DNA of 64,000 nt, taken from assembly GCA_027623195.1 (NCBI GenBank), contig JAQBUT010000011.1, positions 24,650 to 88,649 of the forward strand. Reading direction: 5' to 3'. The notes beneath the pieces are model-generated. The model worked only from the letters and a program-made list of their open reading frames with translations, ran no database searches and was not told where the DNA came from. Numbering within the stretch: the stretch's first letter is position 1; every line of letters begins with the position of its first letter. The DNA is from Chloroflexota bacterium. GTDB taxonomy: Bacteria > Chloroflexota > Dehalococcoidia > Lucifugimonadales > JADFKI01. Shown here piece after piece: positions 10,894 to 19,785 of this stretch. The position numbers and the translations under genes are program-made.

Positions 10894-11528
10894 ACGCCGG
10901 CCGCTTTAGTCTGCTCTACCAGTTTAACGAAATTTTCGTAAATGATAAGGCCAACATCGCCGCTCTTTTCAGGATGGAACTGAACCGCCGTCACGTTGTC
11001 CCAGGCGACGGCGCTGCAAAAGTTCATTCCGTAGTCGGTGGTTCCGGCGATAACGGACTCATCTTCAGGGTCTGCATAATAACTATGCACGAAATAGAAG
11101 TAAGAACCGGCAGGAATGCCTTTTAGGACCGGGTGGTCCAGTTTGAAATCCACCTGGTTCCAGCCCATGTGCGGTATCTTCTGTCCAGCCGGTAGCCTGC
11201 GTACCCTGCCCTTCAAGATTCCGAGACAGGCCTCGTCCCCTTCGTCAGACTCCTCAAGCAGAAGCTGTAAACCCAGGCATACGCCCAGGAACGGCTTTCC
11301 GCTGAGAATAGATTCCTTGATGGGCCCCTCAAGGCCCAACTCGCGAATGTGTCGCATGGACGAATCGCACGCGCCCTGGCCTGGGAAGACAACACCGTCT
11401 GCCTGCCTGATGGCTTCGGGGTCCGAAGTCGCGATCGCTGCCGCGCCACATTTCTCCAGCGCCTTCTGCACGCTGCGAAGGTTTCCCGCCTGGTAGTCTA
11501 CTATGGCGATTTGGGGCCTGTTCTCCAA
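10884..11528 (-). CDS. hisH: imidazole glycerol phosphate synthase glutaminase subunit
   Basis: DYQAGNLRSV, GVCLGLQ, PHMGWN, YFVHSY, QFHPEKS. Confidence 0.97.
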   Translation of the reverse strand: MENRPQIAIVDYQAGNLRSVQKALEKCGAAAIATSDPEAIRQADGVVFPGQGACDSSMRHIRELGLEGPIKESILSGKPFLGVCLGLQLLLEESDEGDEACLGILKGRVRRLPAGQKIPHMGWNQVDFKLDHPVLKGIPAGSYFYFVHSYYADPEDESVIAGTTDYGMNFCSAVAWDNVTAVQFHPEKSGDVGLIIYENFVKLVEQTKAAGVWR

Positions 11529-11529
11529 T

Positions 11530-12096
11530 CTAGTCTGCCTTTACACGGGTGCCGGTTACGATCTCCATGGGTAGGTCTCTGTCAACATACCTGGCCATCA
11601 TGAACAGAAGGTCTGCCAGTCGATTGACGTATCGAAGTATCTCGGGGTTGGGGAGTTGGCCTGCCTGGTCCAAGGCGACAACACGCCGTTCGGCACCTCG
11701 GAGGGCGCTCCTCGCCAGATCCAGCGCACCGGAAGTCGGCGAAGCGCCGGGTATGATGAAATTCGGTGGTAGCTCAACCTCAGATCCCAGTTCGTCTATC
11801 CAGACTTCAAGCTGATCCACGTTGGCAGAAGTTATGCCCTCGAACGTCGATGTGTACTTCTCATAATTCTCGATGCCCGTCGCCAACTCTCCGCTGAGAG
11901 TGAACATCTCTCGTTGGAGCTGAAGAATCATTTCCTGGACACGGGGCTCTGTCGCCAACGCCCGCGCGAATCCCATGGCAGAGGTGGCGAAGTCGGCCTC
12001 ACCGTATGCAACGCACCTGGGATCGGTTTTGGACACCCTTCCACCGAACAGCAGGCCGGTCGTTCCATCGTCGCCCGACTTGGTGTAAATCTTCAT
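11530..12096 (-). CDS. cob(I)alamin adenosyltransferase, PduO type
   Basis: KIYTKSGDDGTT, RGAERR, YVNRLADLLFMMAR. Confidence 0.92.
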   Translation of the reverse strand: MKIYTKSGDDGTTGLLFGGRVSKTDPRCVAYGEADFATSAMGFARALATEPRVQEMILQLQREMFTLSGELATGIENYEKYTSTFEGITSANVDQLEVWIDELGSEVELPPNFIIPGASPTSGALDLARSALRGAERRVVALDQAGQLPNPEILRYVNRLADLLFMMARYVDRDLPMEIVTGTRVKAD

Positions 12097-12194
12097 TTAT
12101 TTCGACCTCCGGTACTGGTGGCATTATATCAGCTACGGGTATGGCCGGACAGGGATTTGGGTGCGCTTCCGAATGGGTAAACGGCTATAACAGA

Positions 12195-12229
12195 ATCGAC
12201 CCGACGATATGTGTGTTCGTCGGGTCGAT
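12195..12229 (-). terminator. hairpin downstream of hsp20
   Basis: ATCGACCCGACGA/TCGTCGGGTCGAT inverted repeat; weak U tract. Confidence 0.55.
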
Positions 12230-12287
12230 GGCTAGGACGTGGCGCTTCCAGATTAGCCAGGGCGCCTTCCAGGCTTAAAGGCTGACG

Positions 12288-12725
12288 TTATGCGACCTTG
12301 ATCTCCAGGCGCTTGGCCTTTTTGGCCTCAGCCTTGGGGAAGGTAATCGTGAGCACACCGTCCGCGTATACGGTCTCTACCTTCTCGGTATCAACGGTGT
12401 CAGGTAGTCGGATGGCACGATAGAAGTTGCCGGCCCTACGCTCGCGTAGCAGGTACTTATCACCACGTTCCTCGTGCTTCTCTTTCGTTTCGCCTTTTAT
12501 GGTCAGGAGATCGTCTTCCACGGTTACGTTAATATCCTCGGCCTTGATGCCTGGTAGCGTAGCCTTTACCAGTATCTTGTCGTCCTCGGCGACCACATCC
12601 AGCGGCACGGCCCATCGTTCTATGTCCGCATCCGCAAGTCCGTCGCCATTGGAACGCCAGGTCCGATTGAACGCTTCGTCTAGCTTTCGCATCTCCTTGA
12701 ACGGATCCCATCTCATCATGACCAT
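12288..12725 (-). CDS. Hsp20/alpha-crystallin small heat-shock protein
   Basis: RWDPF, LPGIKAEDI, RERRAGNFYRAIRLP, DGVLTITFPK. Confidence 0.95.
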   Translation of the reverse strand: MVMMRWDPFKEMRKLDEAFNRTWRSNGDGLADADIERWAVPLDVVAEDDKILVKATLPGIKAEDINVTVEDDLLTIKGETKEKHEERGDKYLLRERRAGNFYRAIRLPDTVDTEKVETVYADGVLTITFPKAEAKKAKRLEIKVA

Positions 12726-12895
12726 GACATTCTCCTCTCCACTTATTACTTGTTGCCTCTACTGATGATTGGGCGATCATTCGTCACCCTTCATGACAAT
12801 TATAATTAGTATGCTTTTAACTTATCAAGAAACTTATAGAAAATAAAAGAAGTTATGTTGTTGGGTCACATAATATATGCTAAAATCAATTTGCT

Positions 12896-13795
12896 ATGCC
12901 AACAAACTATTACGACATACTGGGCGTTTCTAGAAACGCCGACCAAAAAGAGATAAAGCAGGCCTACAGAAAGTTGGCCCGCAAGTATCACCCTGACCTT
13001 AATTCCGGCGACAAAGAGGCCGAGAAGAAGTTCAAGGAGATCAACGAGGCCAATGAGGTGCTGTCGGACCCAGAAAAACGCACCAAGTATGATCGCTATG
13101 GTGACAACTGGAAGCACGCGGAAAGGGTCCAGCAGTCGGCAAATGGTGCGCCATTCAGGTGGTCCAGTGGGGGAGGGTCTTTCCAGGATGCCGACTTCAG
13201 CTCCTTTGGCAACATGGAGGACCTGATGGGTGGCATGGGCGGGGTCTTCAGTGGCGGTCGCCGCAGGCCCGCACCCAGGCCCCATGTTGATGTAGCTGTG
13301 GAAGTATCGCTTGAGGAGGCGTTTTCCGGCACTAAACGTCAGGTATCCATGCCTTCCGGAACCGGCAGCCGTCGTATCGAGGTGTCGATTCCTGCAGGCG
13401 TCAAGACGGGTTCGAGGGTTCACATCGCTGTCGACAAAAATACGCAACTGTTCCTTCGAATAACGGTGAATGCGCATCCCATATTCCAGCGGGAGGGCAA
13501 CGACCTCTATACCGACGTTAGCATACCGTTTGAGGACGCTATTCTAGGTGGTGACGTCGATGTACGGACACTAAAAGGGAAGGTTCGCCTGAAGGTGGCA
13601 CCTGACAGTCAGGGTGGTCAGAAGATTCGTCTGGCAGGGCAAGGCATGCCTGTCCTGAATGACATCAAGACTCGCGGCGACCTTTATGTGACTCTTCGCC
13701 CTACCCTGCCCAAAGGCATTACAGACGAAGAGCGAGAGCTTCTGGTGAAGTTCAAGGCCTTGCGCGCTGAGGTTGAAGCGGTGGAGGCGGAGTAA
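12896..13795 (+). CDS. DnaJ-class co-chaperone (CbpA-like, no Zn finger)
   Basis: J domain with HPD, G/F region, DnaJ C-terminal domain. Confidence 0.93.
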   Translation: MPTNYYDILGVSRNADQKEIKQAYRKLARKYHPDLNSGDKEAEKKFKEINEANEVLSDPEKRTKYDRYGDNWKHAERVQQSANGAPFRWSSGGGSFQDADFSSFGNMEDLMGGMGGVFSGGRRRPAPRPHVDVAVEVSLEEAFSGTKRQVSMPSGTGSRRIEVSIPAGVKTGSRVHIAVDKNTQLFLRITVNAHPIFQREGNDLYTDVSIPFEDAILGGDVDVRTLKGKVRLKVAPDSQGGQKIRLAGQGMPVLNDIKTRGDLYVTLRPTLPKGITDEERELLVKFKALRAEVEAVEAE

Positions 13796-13801
13796 TCGAT
13801 T

Positions 13802-14128
13802 ATGGCGACAGACGAAATGTTTGGCCATGAAGAGCCAATATTTATCATAAGCGTAGCTGCACGCATGCTGGGCGTACGAACGCAAACGCTGCGCTACTAC
13901 GAGCGTCTTGGACTTATCGAACCAGATCGCACTCAAGGCAACCAGCGGATTTTCTCTCGCAGCGACATTGAGCGAGTGCAGCGCATACGGAGCCTGATGG
14001 AAGAGCTGGGTGTGAACCTCGCCGGTGTTGAGGTTGTGCTGAAGCTTCTGGCGCGGCTGCAGACCGCAGAGGACGAAATTCAGGCGCTGAAGGACCAGAA
14101 CCAGCGGCTCAAGGAACGCATTTCCTAG
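13802..14128 (+). CDS. hspR: HspR-like MerR-family heat-shock repressor
   Basis: ISVAARM...QTLRYYERLGL...GVNLAGV, directly after dnaJ-like gene. Confidence 0.85.
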   Translation: MATDEMFGHEEPIFIISVAARMLGVRTQTLRYYERLGLIEPDRTQGNQRIFSRSDIERVQRIRSLMEELGVNLAGVEVVLKLLARLQTAEDEIQALKDQNQRLKERIS

Positions 14129-14195
14129 CGCCGATTTCGCCAACATTCGTCGTCTAAGAATAGGCCCGTTATTGACTAAGAGGGGCCATTCACCA

Positions 14196-14224
14196 GAATG
14201 TCATTCCTAGGCGGAATGACATTC
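14196..14224. repeat. perfect palindrome (REP-like or bidirectional terminator)
   Basis: GAATGTCATTCC-TAGGC-GGAATGACATTC. Confidence 0.7.
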
Positions 14225-14261
14225 AACATCGTTTTTATGCAAATCTGAATCAAGTAAATAA

Positions 14262-15017
14262 TCAGCGGAAAATCTTACTTATCACAACCTCATCGCCGAG
14301 TAAGACTTCAACATTTACGGGTTCACGGATTTCTGTAATTATTCGGACGTTGTAATCTCCCGAAGCTGACTCTATGGTTTCGTATATTCCATCTTCGGTA
14401 ACTCTCTGTGTTGTGAATACGAATGGCTCAAGCTTAAATAGGCTTAATGATGCAATACTTGGGCACGCTGCATAGACGGTAACCGAAGGGACTGAGAAGG
14501 GTGTGTCCACTGAGAGAATGGCGTCGAACATAGGCCGACACTTGTGCATTCCCAATTCTGGATTCGTGAGATTCAATTTTGGCGCCGTTAATTGTGGTGA
14601 ACCTTTCTTATCTTCTTCAGACTGAGCATGTGGAGGGCTAGGAGAAGGCCGCGGGTCAGTAATTCTAAATAATTCTGTATAGGTATCGCGCCCATCGGCC
14701 CTAGCTCTAATACGTGCCGAATATTCTTTGGTTTCATTGTCCATTGCATTGGTCATTGCGTATGCCGGTACTGTAAAGGAAACGTGATTTCGCCCCGTCC
14801 CCATTAGCTTCAACGGATAACTTACCCCAATCGCAGGGAATTCTACATCGGCAATCTGAAGCCATAACTCACTCACATCAGTCACTAGCATTGAAGGTCT
14901 TAACGTGAGGTGAACCTGCACCTTGAATGTGCCATTGTTGGGTTGCTGGGACTTAACCAAGGCCTCGTGTATATCGATGTTCACTGGTGGCGGAAGGAAA
15001 TCTTCAAACTGATACAC
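14262..15017 (-). CDS. hypothetical protein in AT-richer segment
   Basis: 251-aa ORF with no recognised motif. Confidence 0.5.
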   Translation of the reverse strand: MYQFEDFLPPPVNIDIHEALVKSQQPNNGTFKVQVHLTLRPSMLVTDVSELWLQIADVEFPAIGVSYPLKLMGTGRNHVSFTVPAYAMTNAMDNETKEYSARIRARADGRDTYTELFRITDPRPSPSPPHAQSEEDKKGSPQLTAPKLNLTNPELGMHKCRPMFDAILSVDTPFSVPSVTVYAACPSIASLSLFKLEPFVFTTQRVTEDGIYETIESASGDYNVRIITEIREPVNVEVLLGDEVVISKIFR

Positions 15018-15297
15018 TACCCGAATTTGTAACGGATGGTACTTCGGCCTCTACTGTGACCTTGGGTTTGGTCCACCAAAGACCCCACAGCAGCAGTGCT
15101 AAGCCCACAACTGGAAAGCCAATTTGGAAAAAAGAGAGTGTGGGATTGAAAGTAACGACGGTACTCTCATTGCCAGGTGTGTATCGGTCGATGATGGATA
15201 ACCACGAGTCAAAAGCACCTGGTGCCGTGACCAAAAGAAAGACGATAATAACAACGGCAATTCGGCGTTTGTCCATACGGGAATCATATCTCAACAC
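15004..15297 (-). CDS. small hypothetical membrane protein
   Basis: two hydrophobic segments; overlaps next ORF. Confidence 0.5.
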   Translation of the reverse strand: MLRYDSRMDKRRIAVVIIVFLLVTAPGAFDSWLSIIDRYTPGNESTVVTFNPTLSFFQIGFPVVGLALLLWGLWWTKPKVTVEAEVPSVTNSGSVSV

Positions 15298-15354
15298 CCC
15301 GCACGAAATAGATATTCACCAATCACTGATTGAAAACCCCCAAATCGCGGACGC

Positions 15355-15387
15355 AAAAAAGGGGCGCACTTATGTGCGCCCCCTTTT
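15355..15387. terminator. intrinsic terminator after moeB (bidirectional form)
   Basis: AAAAAAGGGGCGCAC-TTAT-GTGCGCCCCTTTT. Confidence 0.85.
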
Positions 15388-15409
15388 ATTGAATTACATT
15401 CGGTTCGGG

Positions 15410-16243
15410 CTAATGAGCCAATGAAGGCATACCGCAGAACATTTCGTAATCGATAAGTTCTGTAACGGTAGGGTTGTCCCCGCATAGCGGGCACTCCGGG
15501 TTCCTTCGTAGCTTAACGGTGCGGAAGTCCATATCTAGCGCGTCGATGAGGAGCAGTCTTCCCGACAGCGACTTGCCGACTCCGAGAATCAATTTGACCG
15601 TCTCGGTGGCCTGGATAGTGCCGACCATTCCCGGCAGCATACCTAGCACGCCGGCCTCGGCGCAGCTTGGCACCTCACCCGGAGGCGGGGGCGTTGGGAA
15701 CAGGCAGCGGTAGCAGCCAGCGCCCGGCAGGTACACAGACGCCATGCCATCAAATAGAAGAATGCTTCCATCCACCAGAGGCTTGTTGCTCAGGTACGCC
15801 GCGTCGTTTACCAGGTAACGAGCAGGGAAGTTGTCGGCCCCGTTAACGATGATGTCGTATTCGGGGATGATGTCGAAGGCGTTCGCCGAGGTAATGGGCT
15901 CTTCGTGTAGGATTACATTTACATCCGGGTTGTAAGCTTTCAGCGTGGCGTAGGCCGATTGAGCCTTAGACTTTCCGATGTCGTCGTTCTGGTGCAGAAT
16001 CTGGCGCTGCAGGTTGGTAACGTCAACAGTGTCGAAATCGACAATGCCGATTGTGCCCACCCCTGCCAGTGTGAGATAAATTGCGATTGGAGAGCCCAAG
16101 CCGCCTGCTCCAACCATCAGTACTTTGGCGTCGAGAAGCTTGCGCTGTCCCGCGCTTCCAACCTGAGGCATGATAATGTGCCGGCTGTACCTTTGAACTT
16201 GATAAGGCGTTAGCGCCTGGGTCTGAGTTTCGGTCTGGGTCAT
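15410..16243 (-). CDS. moeB: MoeB/ThiF-family sulfur-carrier adenylyltransferase (no rhodanese domain)
   Basis: RYSRH, GAGGLGS, NLQRQ, CYRC, SCAEAGVLG, CPLC. Confidence 0.92.
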   Translation of the reverse strand: MTQTETQTQALTPYQVQRYSRHIIMPQVGSAGQRKLLDAKVLMVGAGGLGSPIAIYLTLAGVGTIGIVDFDTVDVTNLQRQILHQNDDIGKSKAQSAYATLKAYNPDVNVILHEEPITSANAFDIIPEYDIIVNGADNFPARYLVNDAAYLSNKPLVDGSILLFDGMASVYLPGAGCYRCLFPTPPPPGEVPSCAEAGVLGMLPGMVGTIQATETVKLILGVGKSLSGRLLLIDALDMDFRTVKLRRNPECPLCGDNPTVTELIDYEMFCGMPSLAH

Positions 16244-16346
16244 ATTTGGATTTCCTCCGTGGCCTTTAATCTTTAGATGCCTATTCGCAAGAACCGGTGC
16301 TACTGTTTAACTAAATCTCTGGTATTCCGGCCCAAAGTTAAGGAAT

Positions 16347-16387
16347 AAAAAAACTCCACTAAAAACCGCCTGGGGGTCACAGTGGAG
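16347..16387 (-). terminator. terminator inside the moeB 5' leader
   Basis: minus strand CTCCACT...AGTGGAG followed by T tract, ~100 nt before the moeB ATG. Confidence 0.7.
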
Positions 16388-16476
16388 CTTGGTCTGGTCG
16401 CTGGCCACTGGGAATGGAATCCCACTAACCAACGTTGTTCAAACCTGGTTGGCCTACTCGAGGCCAACTCCCTGTT

Positions 16477-16530
16477 TTAGACCACCTGATATTTGGTGGA
16501 GCAACAGAGGCAGCTAGCTTTGCAAATCAT
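16477..16530 (-). CDS. putative Cys-rich leader peptide MICKASCLCCSTKYQVV
   Basis: ATG ATT TGC AAA GCT AGC TGC CTC TGT TGC TCC ACC AAA TAT CAG GTG GTC TAA, between promoter and leader terminator. Confidence 0.65.
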   Translation of the reverse strand: MICKASCLCCSTKYQVV

Positions 16531-16569
16531 GCTTTTCTCGATAAACAGCGTTTGCGCGCGTGCATTAGA

Positions 16570-16598
16570 AGTATAGCATGGCGGGGTTTTGACTTCAA
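16570..16598 (-). promoter_or_regulatory. promoter of the moeB leader
   Basis: minus strand TTGAAG-17 nt-TATACT with extended TG. Confidence 0.6.
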
Positions 16599-16691
16599 CT
16601 GAGGCATATGTCGTCCCTTAGTCCAACTCCTGCGGACCGCCCTATACGCCTGCGCGCGCCCTTGTTGCCTAAATAGTATCCTAAATTTGCG

Positions 16692-16720
16692 TTGACATGC
16701 CTAGGTGCCGCAGTTAACAT
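16692..16720 (+). promoter_or_regulatory. promoter upstream of otsA
   Basis: TTGACA-17 nt-TAACAT. Confidence 0.6.
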
Positions 16721-16764
16721 ACGGGCCACTGATGAACTCGTGTTCAGATGCTCAGGCGCGGGTG

Positions 16765-16796
16765 AATCAGTCCATGTAAATCAGTCCATGTAAATC
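16765..16796 (+). repeat. 14-bp tandem repeat (about 2.3 copies)
   Basis: AATCAGTCCATGTA AATCAGTCCATGTA AATC. Confidence 0.85.
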
Positions 16797-16964
16797 CCCC
16801 CCAATAAAATGTCCGCCTGAGTCTCGGCTTCTCTAAATCAGGATTCACTCGGGTCCGAGTTTGTTGGTTGAGAGCTATTCGACCCGCATGAATTGTCCTG
16901 CCGGGTGAACTTGTTATCCATGTCCCGTGTCATTAGTTAGGGGCAGACAGCGTATGAGGTAACG

Positions 16965-18389
16965 GTGCAACAAGGTCAGAGACTGGTTGTCGTTTCTAAT
17001 AGGGTTCCCCCTGCTTCTGCGGTCACTCCTCAAGACGGCAACGGCTCGGCTCCCGTAGGTGGCCTGGTTAGCGCCATCAAGCCCACAATGGAAAAGTATG
17101 GCGGGCTTTGGCTGGGATGGAGCGGAAGGAGCACGCAGCGTCGGGGTGGCTACGAGCCCACCGTATCCGACCTCGGCCCCGTTCAGTTGGCCACGCTGGA
17201 CTTTGCGGAAGAAGAGGCCAGTATGTATTACATAGGCTATTCCAACCGCACGCTTTGGCCCCTACTTCACAGCTTCCCAGGCCGCGTGGTTATACGCCAT
17301 GACACATACAGGTTCTACCGTCGGATCAATCGGCGATTCGCTGAGGCACTTTTCTCCGTCTTAAAGCCAGGAGATCAGGTCTGGGTACACGATTTTCACC
17401 TATTCCACCTGGGGTTTGAGTTGCGGCAACTAGGTTGGACTGGCAGCATAGGATTCTTCCTGCATGTCCCCTTCCCTGCGGCGGACATCTTCTCGATTTT
17501 GCCATGGTCCAAAGACACCCTGGAGGCCCTACTGCACTACGATCTCGTCGGAGTTCATACGGATAGGTACCTGCGTAACTTGCATGATGCCTTGGACTCG
17601 GAGCTAGGTGGCTCAGTTGACAGCAGCGGCGTCTACTCGTACGGAGCCCTATCGTCCAAGCTAGGCGTGTATAGCATTGGCATAGATCCGTCCGTTTTTC
17701 AGGAGAAAACGATGCTCGGCAGTCGTAGCCTGACGGAGGAGCTCTCGTTAAATCTGAACCCGAGTCATCGCCTGATAATAGGCGTGGACAGGTTGGACTA
17801 TACCAAAGGCATACCACACCGACTGCGTGCCTTCGAGCGTATGCTGGAGCAACATTCAAATTTGCGCGGTAAGGTTATATACGTCCAGATATCTTCGCCC
17901 TCCCGCACACGCGTGCCAGAGTACATACAGGAGAAGGAGCAGGTGGAGCGTCTGGTGGGTCAGATTAATGGCAGGTTCTCTGAAGCCAACTGGGTGCCCA
18001 TCAGGTACCTTTATCGGTCCTATCCCCAAAACGTGCTTGCCCGCTTTTACCACGACGCTGACGTGGCAATGGTGACTCCCCTTAGGGATGGGATGAACCT
18101 CGTAGCCAAGGAGTTCGTCGCGGCGCAGGGGGAGGAAAATCCGGGCGTCCTGGTTTTGTCTCAGTTCTCGGGGGCTGCCACTTCATTGGTTGATGCAGTT
18201 ATTGTGAATCCATACGACGTGGACGGCATGGCGGAGGCTACCTACCGCGCTTTACGAATGCCTTTGGCAGAACGTCTGGCCCGATCCAAGAGCCTGATGA
18301 AGGACGTTTTCACGGATACTGCCGCCTCGTGGAGTGAATCCTTTTTGGATGACCTTAAGCTGAATTCCAGGCGGGCACCTGTCAATTAA
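16965..18389 (+). CDS. otsA: trehalose-6-phosphate synthase (GT20)
   Basis: VVSNRVP, WVHDFHL, FFLHVPFP, GVDRLDYTKG, RDGMNLVAKE. Confidence 0.92.
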   Translation: MQQGQRLVVVSNRVPPASAVTPQDGNGSAPVGGLVSAIKPTMEKYGGLWLGWSGRSTQRRGGYEPTVSDLGPVQLATLDFAEEEASMYYIGYSNRTLWPLLHSFPGRVVIRHDTYRFYRRINRRFAEALFSVLKPGDQVWVHDFHLFHLGFELRQLGWTGSIGFFLHVPFPAADIFSILPWSKDTLEALLHYDLVGVHTDRYLRNLHDALDSELGGSVDSSGVYSYGALSSKLGVYSIGIDPSVFQEKTMLGSRSLTEELSLNLNPSHRLIIGVDRLDYTKGIPHRLRAFERMLEQHSNLRGKVIYVQISSPSRTRVPEYIQEKEQVERLVGQINGRFSEANWVPIRYLYRSYPQNVLARFYHDADVAMVTPLRDGMNLVAKEFVAAQGEENPGVLVLSQFSGAATSLVDAVIVNPYDVDGMAEATYRALRMPLAERLARSKSLMKDVFTDTAASWSESFLDDLKLNSRRAPVN

Positions 18390-18472
18390 ACCTGCCTAAA
18401 GCCGATGAGGCCAGATGAGGTTTGCCCGAGACCTGAAGATTATCGTAATCATTTCGGGCGGCGAGAGCCTCA

Positions 18473-19387
18473 TCACTCCAGCGTAACTGTCCCGTTAGCT
18501 GCATTTATCACCAGCTCTGCCTCTCCCAATCCTATGATGCCCGAGAAGTTTTTGTCGTCCGCTGTGCCTGCCGCCAGGGCGAGGCTGCTGACTGCGCTGC
18601 CGTTTGTGGCCGACGCCAGAACCCTCAGACTGGGGTCGCCGTCTAGCTTCACCACTACGTTGCCGTTGGATGTGAGGAAGCCGTTCTTGCCGCCAGGCGT
18701 AAGCTCCCCCTGAAAGTAAATGGTGCCGCTTCTCGTTGCCAGTTCGAAGGCGCCCTTGCCGCGCTCCACCCTCACTGTGCCGTTGGTGGTTTCCAGGGAG
18801 GCATTGCCTATCATAGAGTCGATGCTAATTCCCCCGTTGGTAGTGCCGCCGTTGAAATTGCCGCTGACGTCCTCCAAGGTGATTCCTCCATTGGAGGTTA
18901 CCAGGTTGCCTGAGGCCTGCATGCCCGAAATTTCCACGTCTCCGTCATTAGTAATGAGGTCTATAAACGTGGTGCTTGGCGCGGTGATAATAATATCTGC
19001 GCTGGGGATATTTAACTTGGCCAGGTTACGAAGCCCAGGATGCTGTTTCGCAGCGATGATAATGGTGTCGCCTTCCCGCCTGACTTCGTACTCCAGCTTT
19101 TCCGGGTTTTGAATCGAGGACTGGACTACGATGACGCCGGGTGGACCGGCGCGCACATCCACGCGTCCGCCGTCACTCTCAACCAGCAGCTTTGGAGACG
19201 ATCCAACACTGAAAGTGTCGTCGTGTATTGCGCCCTGTGCGGAACTCGGCGTGCAAGCGCCAACAAGCAGCGCCAACATCAGGAAGACTATGGTGGACAA
19301 GCGGCGAGGCAGGCCCCCCCAGATCGTAGGGCCTCCGTTGGCAGCCAAAATTTTGGTCCACATTCGCCCCATTAGAGGCTCCTTCAA
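18473..19387 (-). CDS. DUF4097-like beta-repeat lipoprotein (start uncertain)
   Basis: LVGAC lipobox; repeated TSNG/TTNG strands. Confidence 0.8.
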   Translation of the reverse strand: MKEPLMGRMWTKILAANGGPTIWGGLPRRLSTIVFLMLALLVGACTPSSAQGAIHDDTFSVGSSPKLLVESDGGRVDVRAGPPGVIVVQSSIQNPEKLEYEVRREGDTIIIAAKQHPGLRNLAKLNIPSADIIITAPSTTFIDLITNDGDVEISGMQASGNLVTSNGGITLEDVSGNFNGGTTNGGISIDSMIGNASLETTNGTVRVERGKGAFELATRSGTIYFQGELTPGGKNGFLTSNGNVVVKLDGDPSLRVLASATNGSAVSSLALAAGTADDKNFSGIIGLGEAELVINAANGTVTLE

Positions 19388-19785
19388 CCTGAAGAACTTA
19401 GACCCGCCACGGAAACATATTCCAAAACATCAATCAGGTATTACCTATATAAACTATAGCGTACGCATGTAGTGTTTTCTGTTAGAAAAGCGTGCCTTTT
19501 GTGTTTGCGAGTCGATTGACGCTGGCTGCGGGTGCTGCAATCGGCGAAAACATCGGGTTTACGAGAACATAAATCTCCATAGGATTTCCGTAATCTAATT
19601 GGTTGGACACCACGGGCTTCGTAAGGGGGTAGATTACTGCTTTTCGCGCTTCTGTGACGCCATGTGGACTATTTGGCCGTGCTGCTTTGATTGGCGGCGG
19701 CAATGGTCGGTTTATTCCAAGAGCGTAGGGATTCATTGGGCATTAACTCAAATTAGAAATTACGAAACGTATTTGGAGGCGAGAG

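Noticed and set aside
19390..19785. Structured RNA or small ORFs upstream of gdh
   Set aside because: Only one 8-bp inverted repeat (GTAATCTA/TAGATTAC), which is insufficient support.
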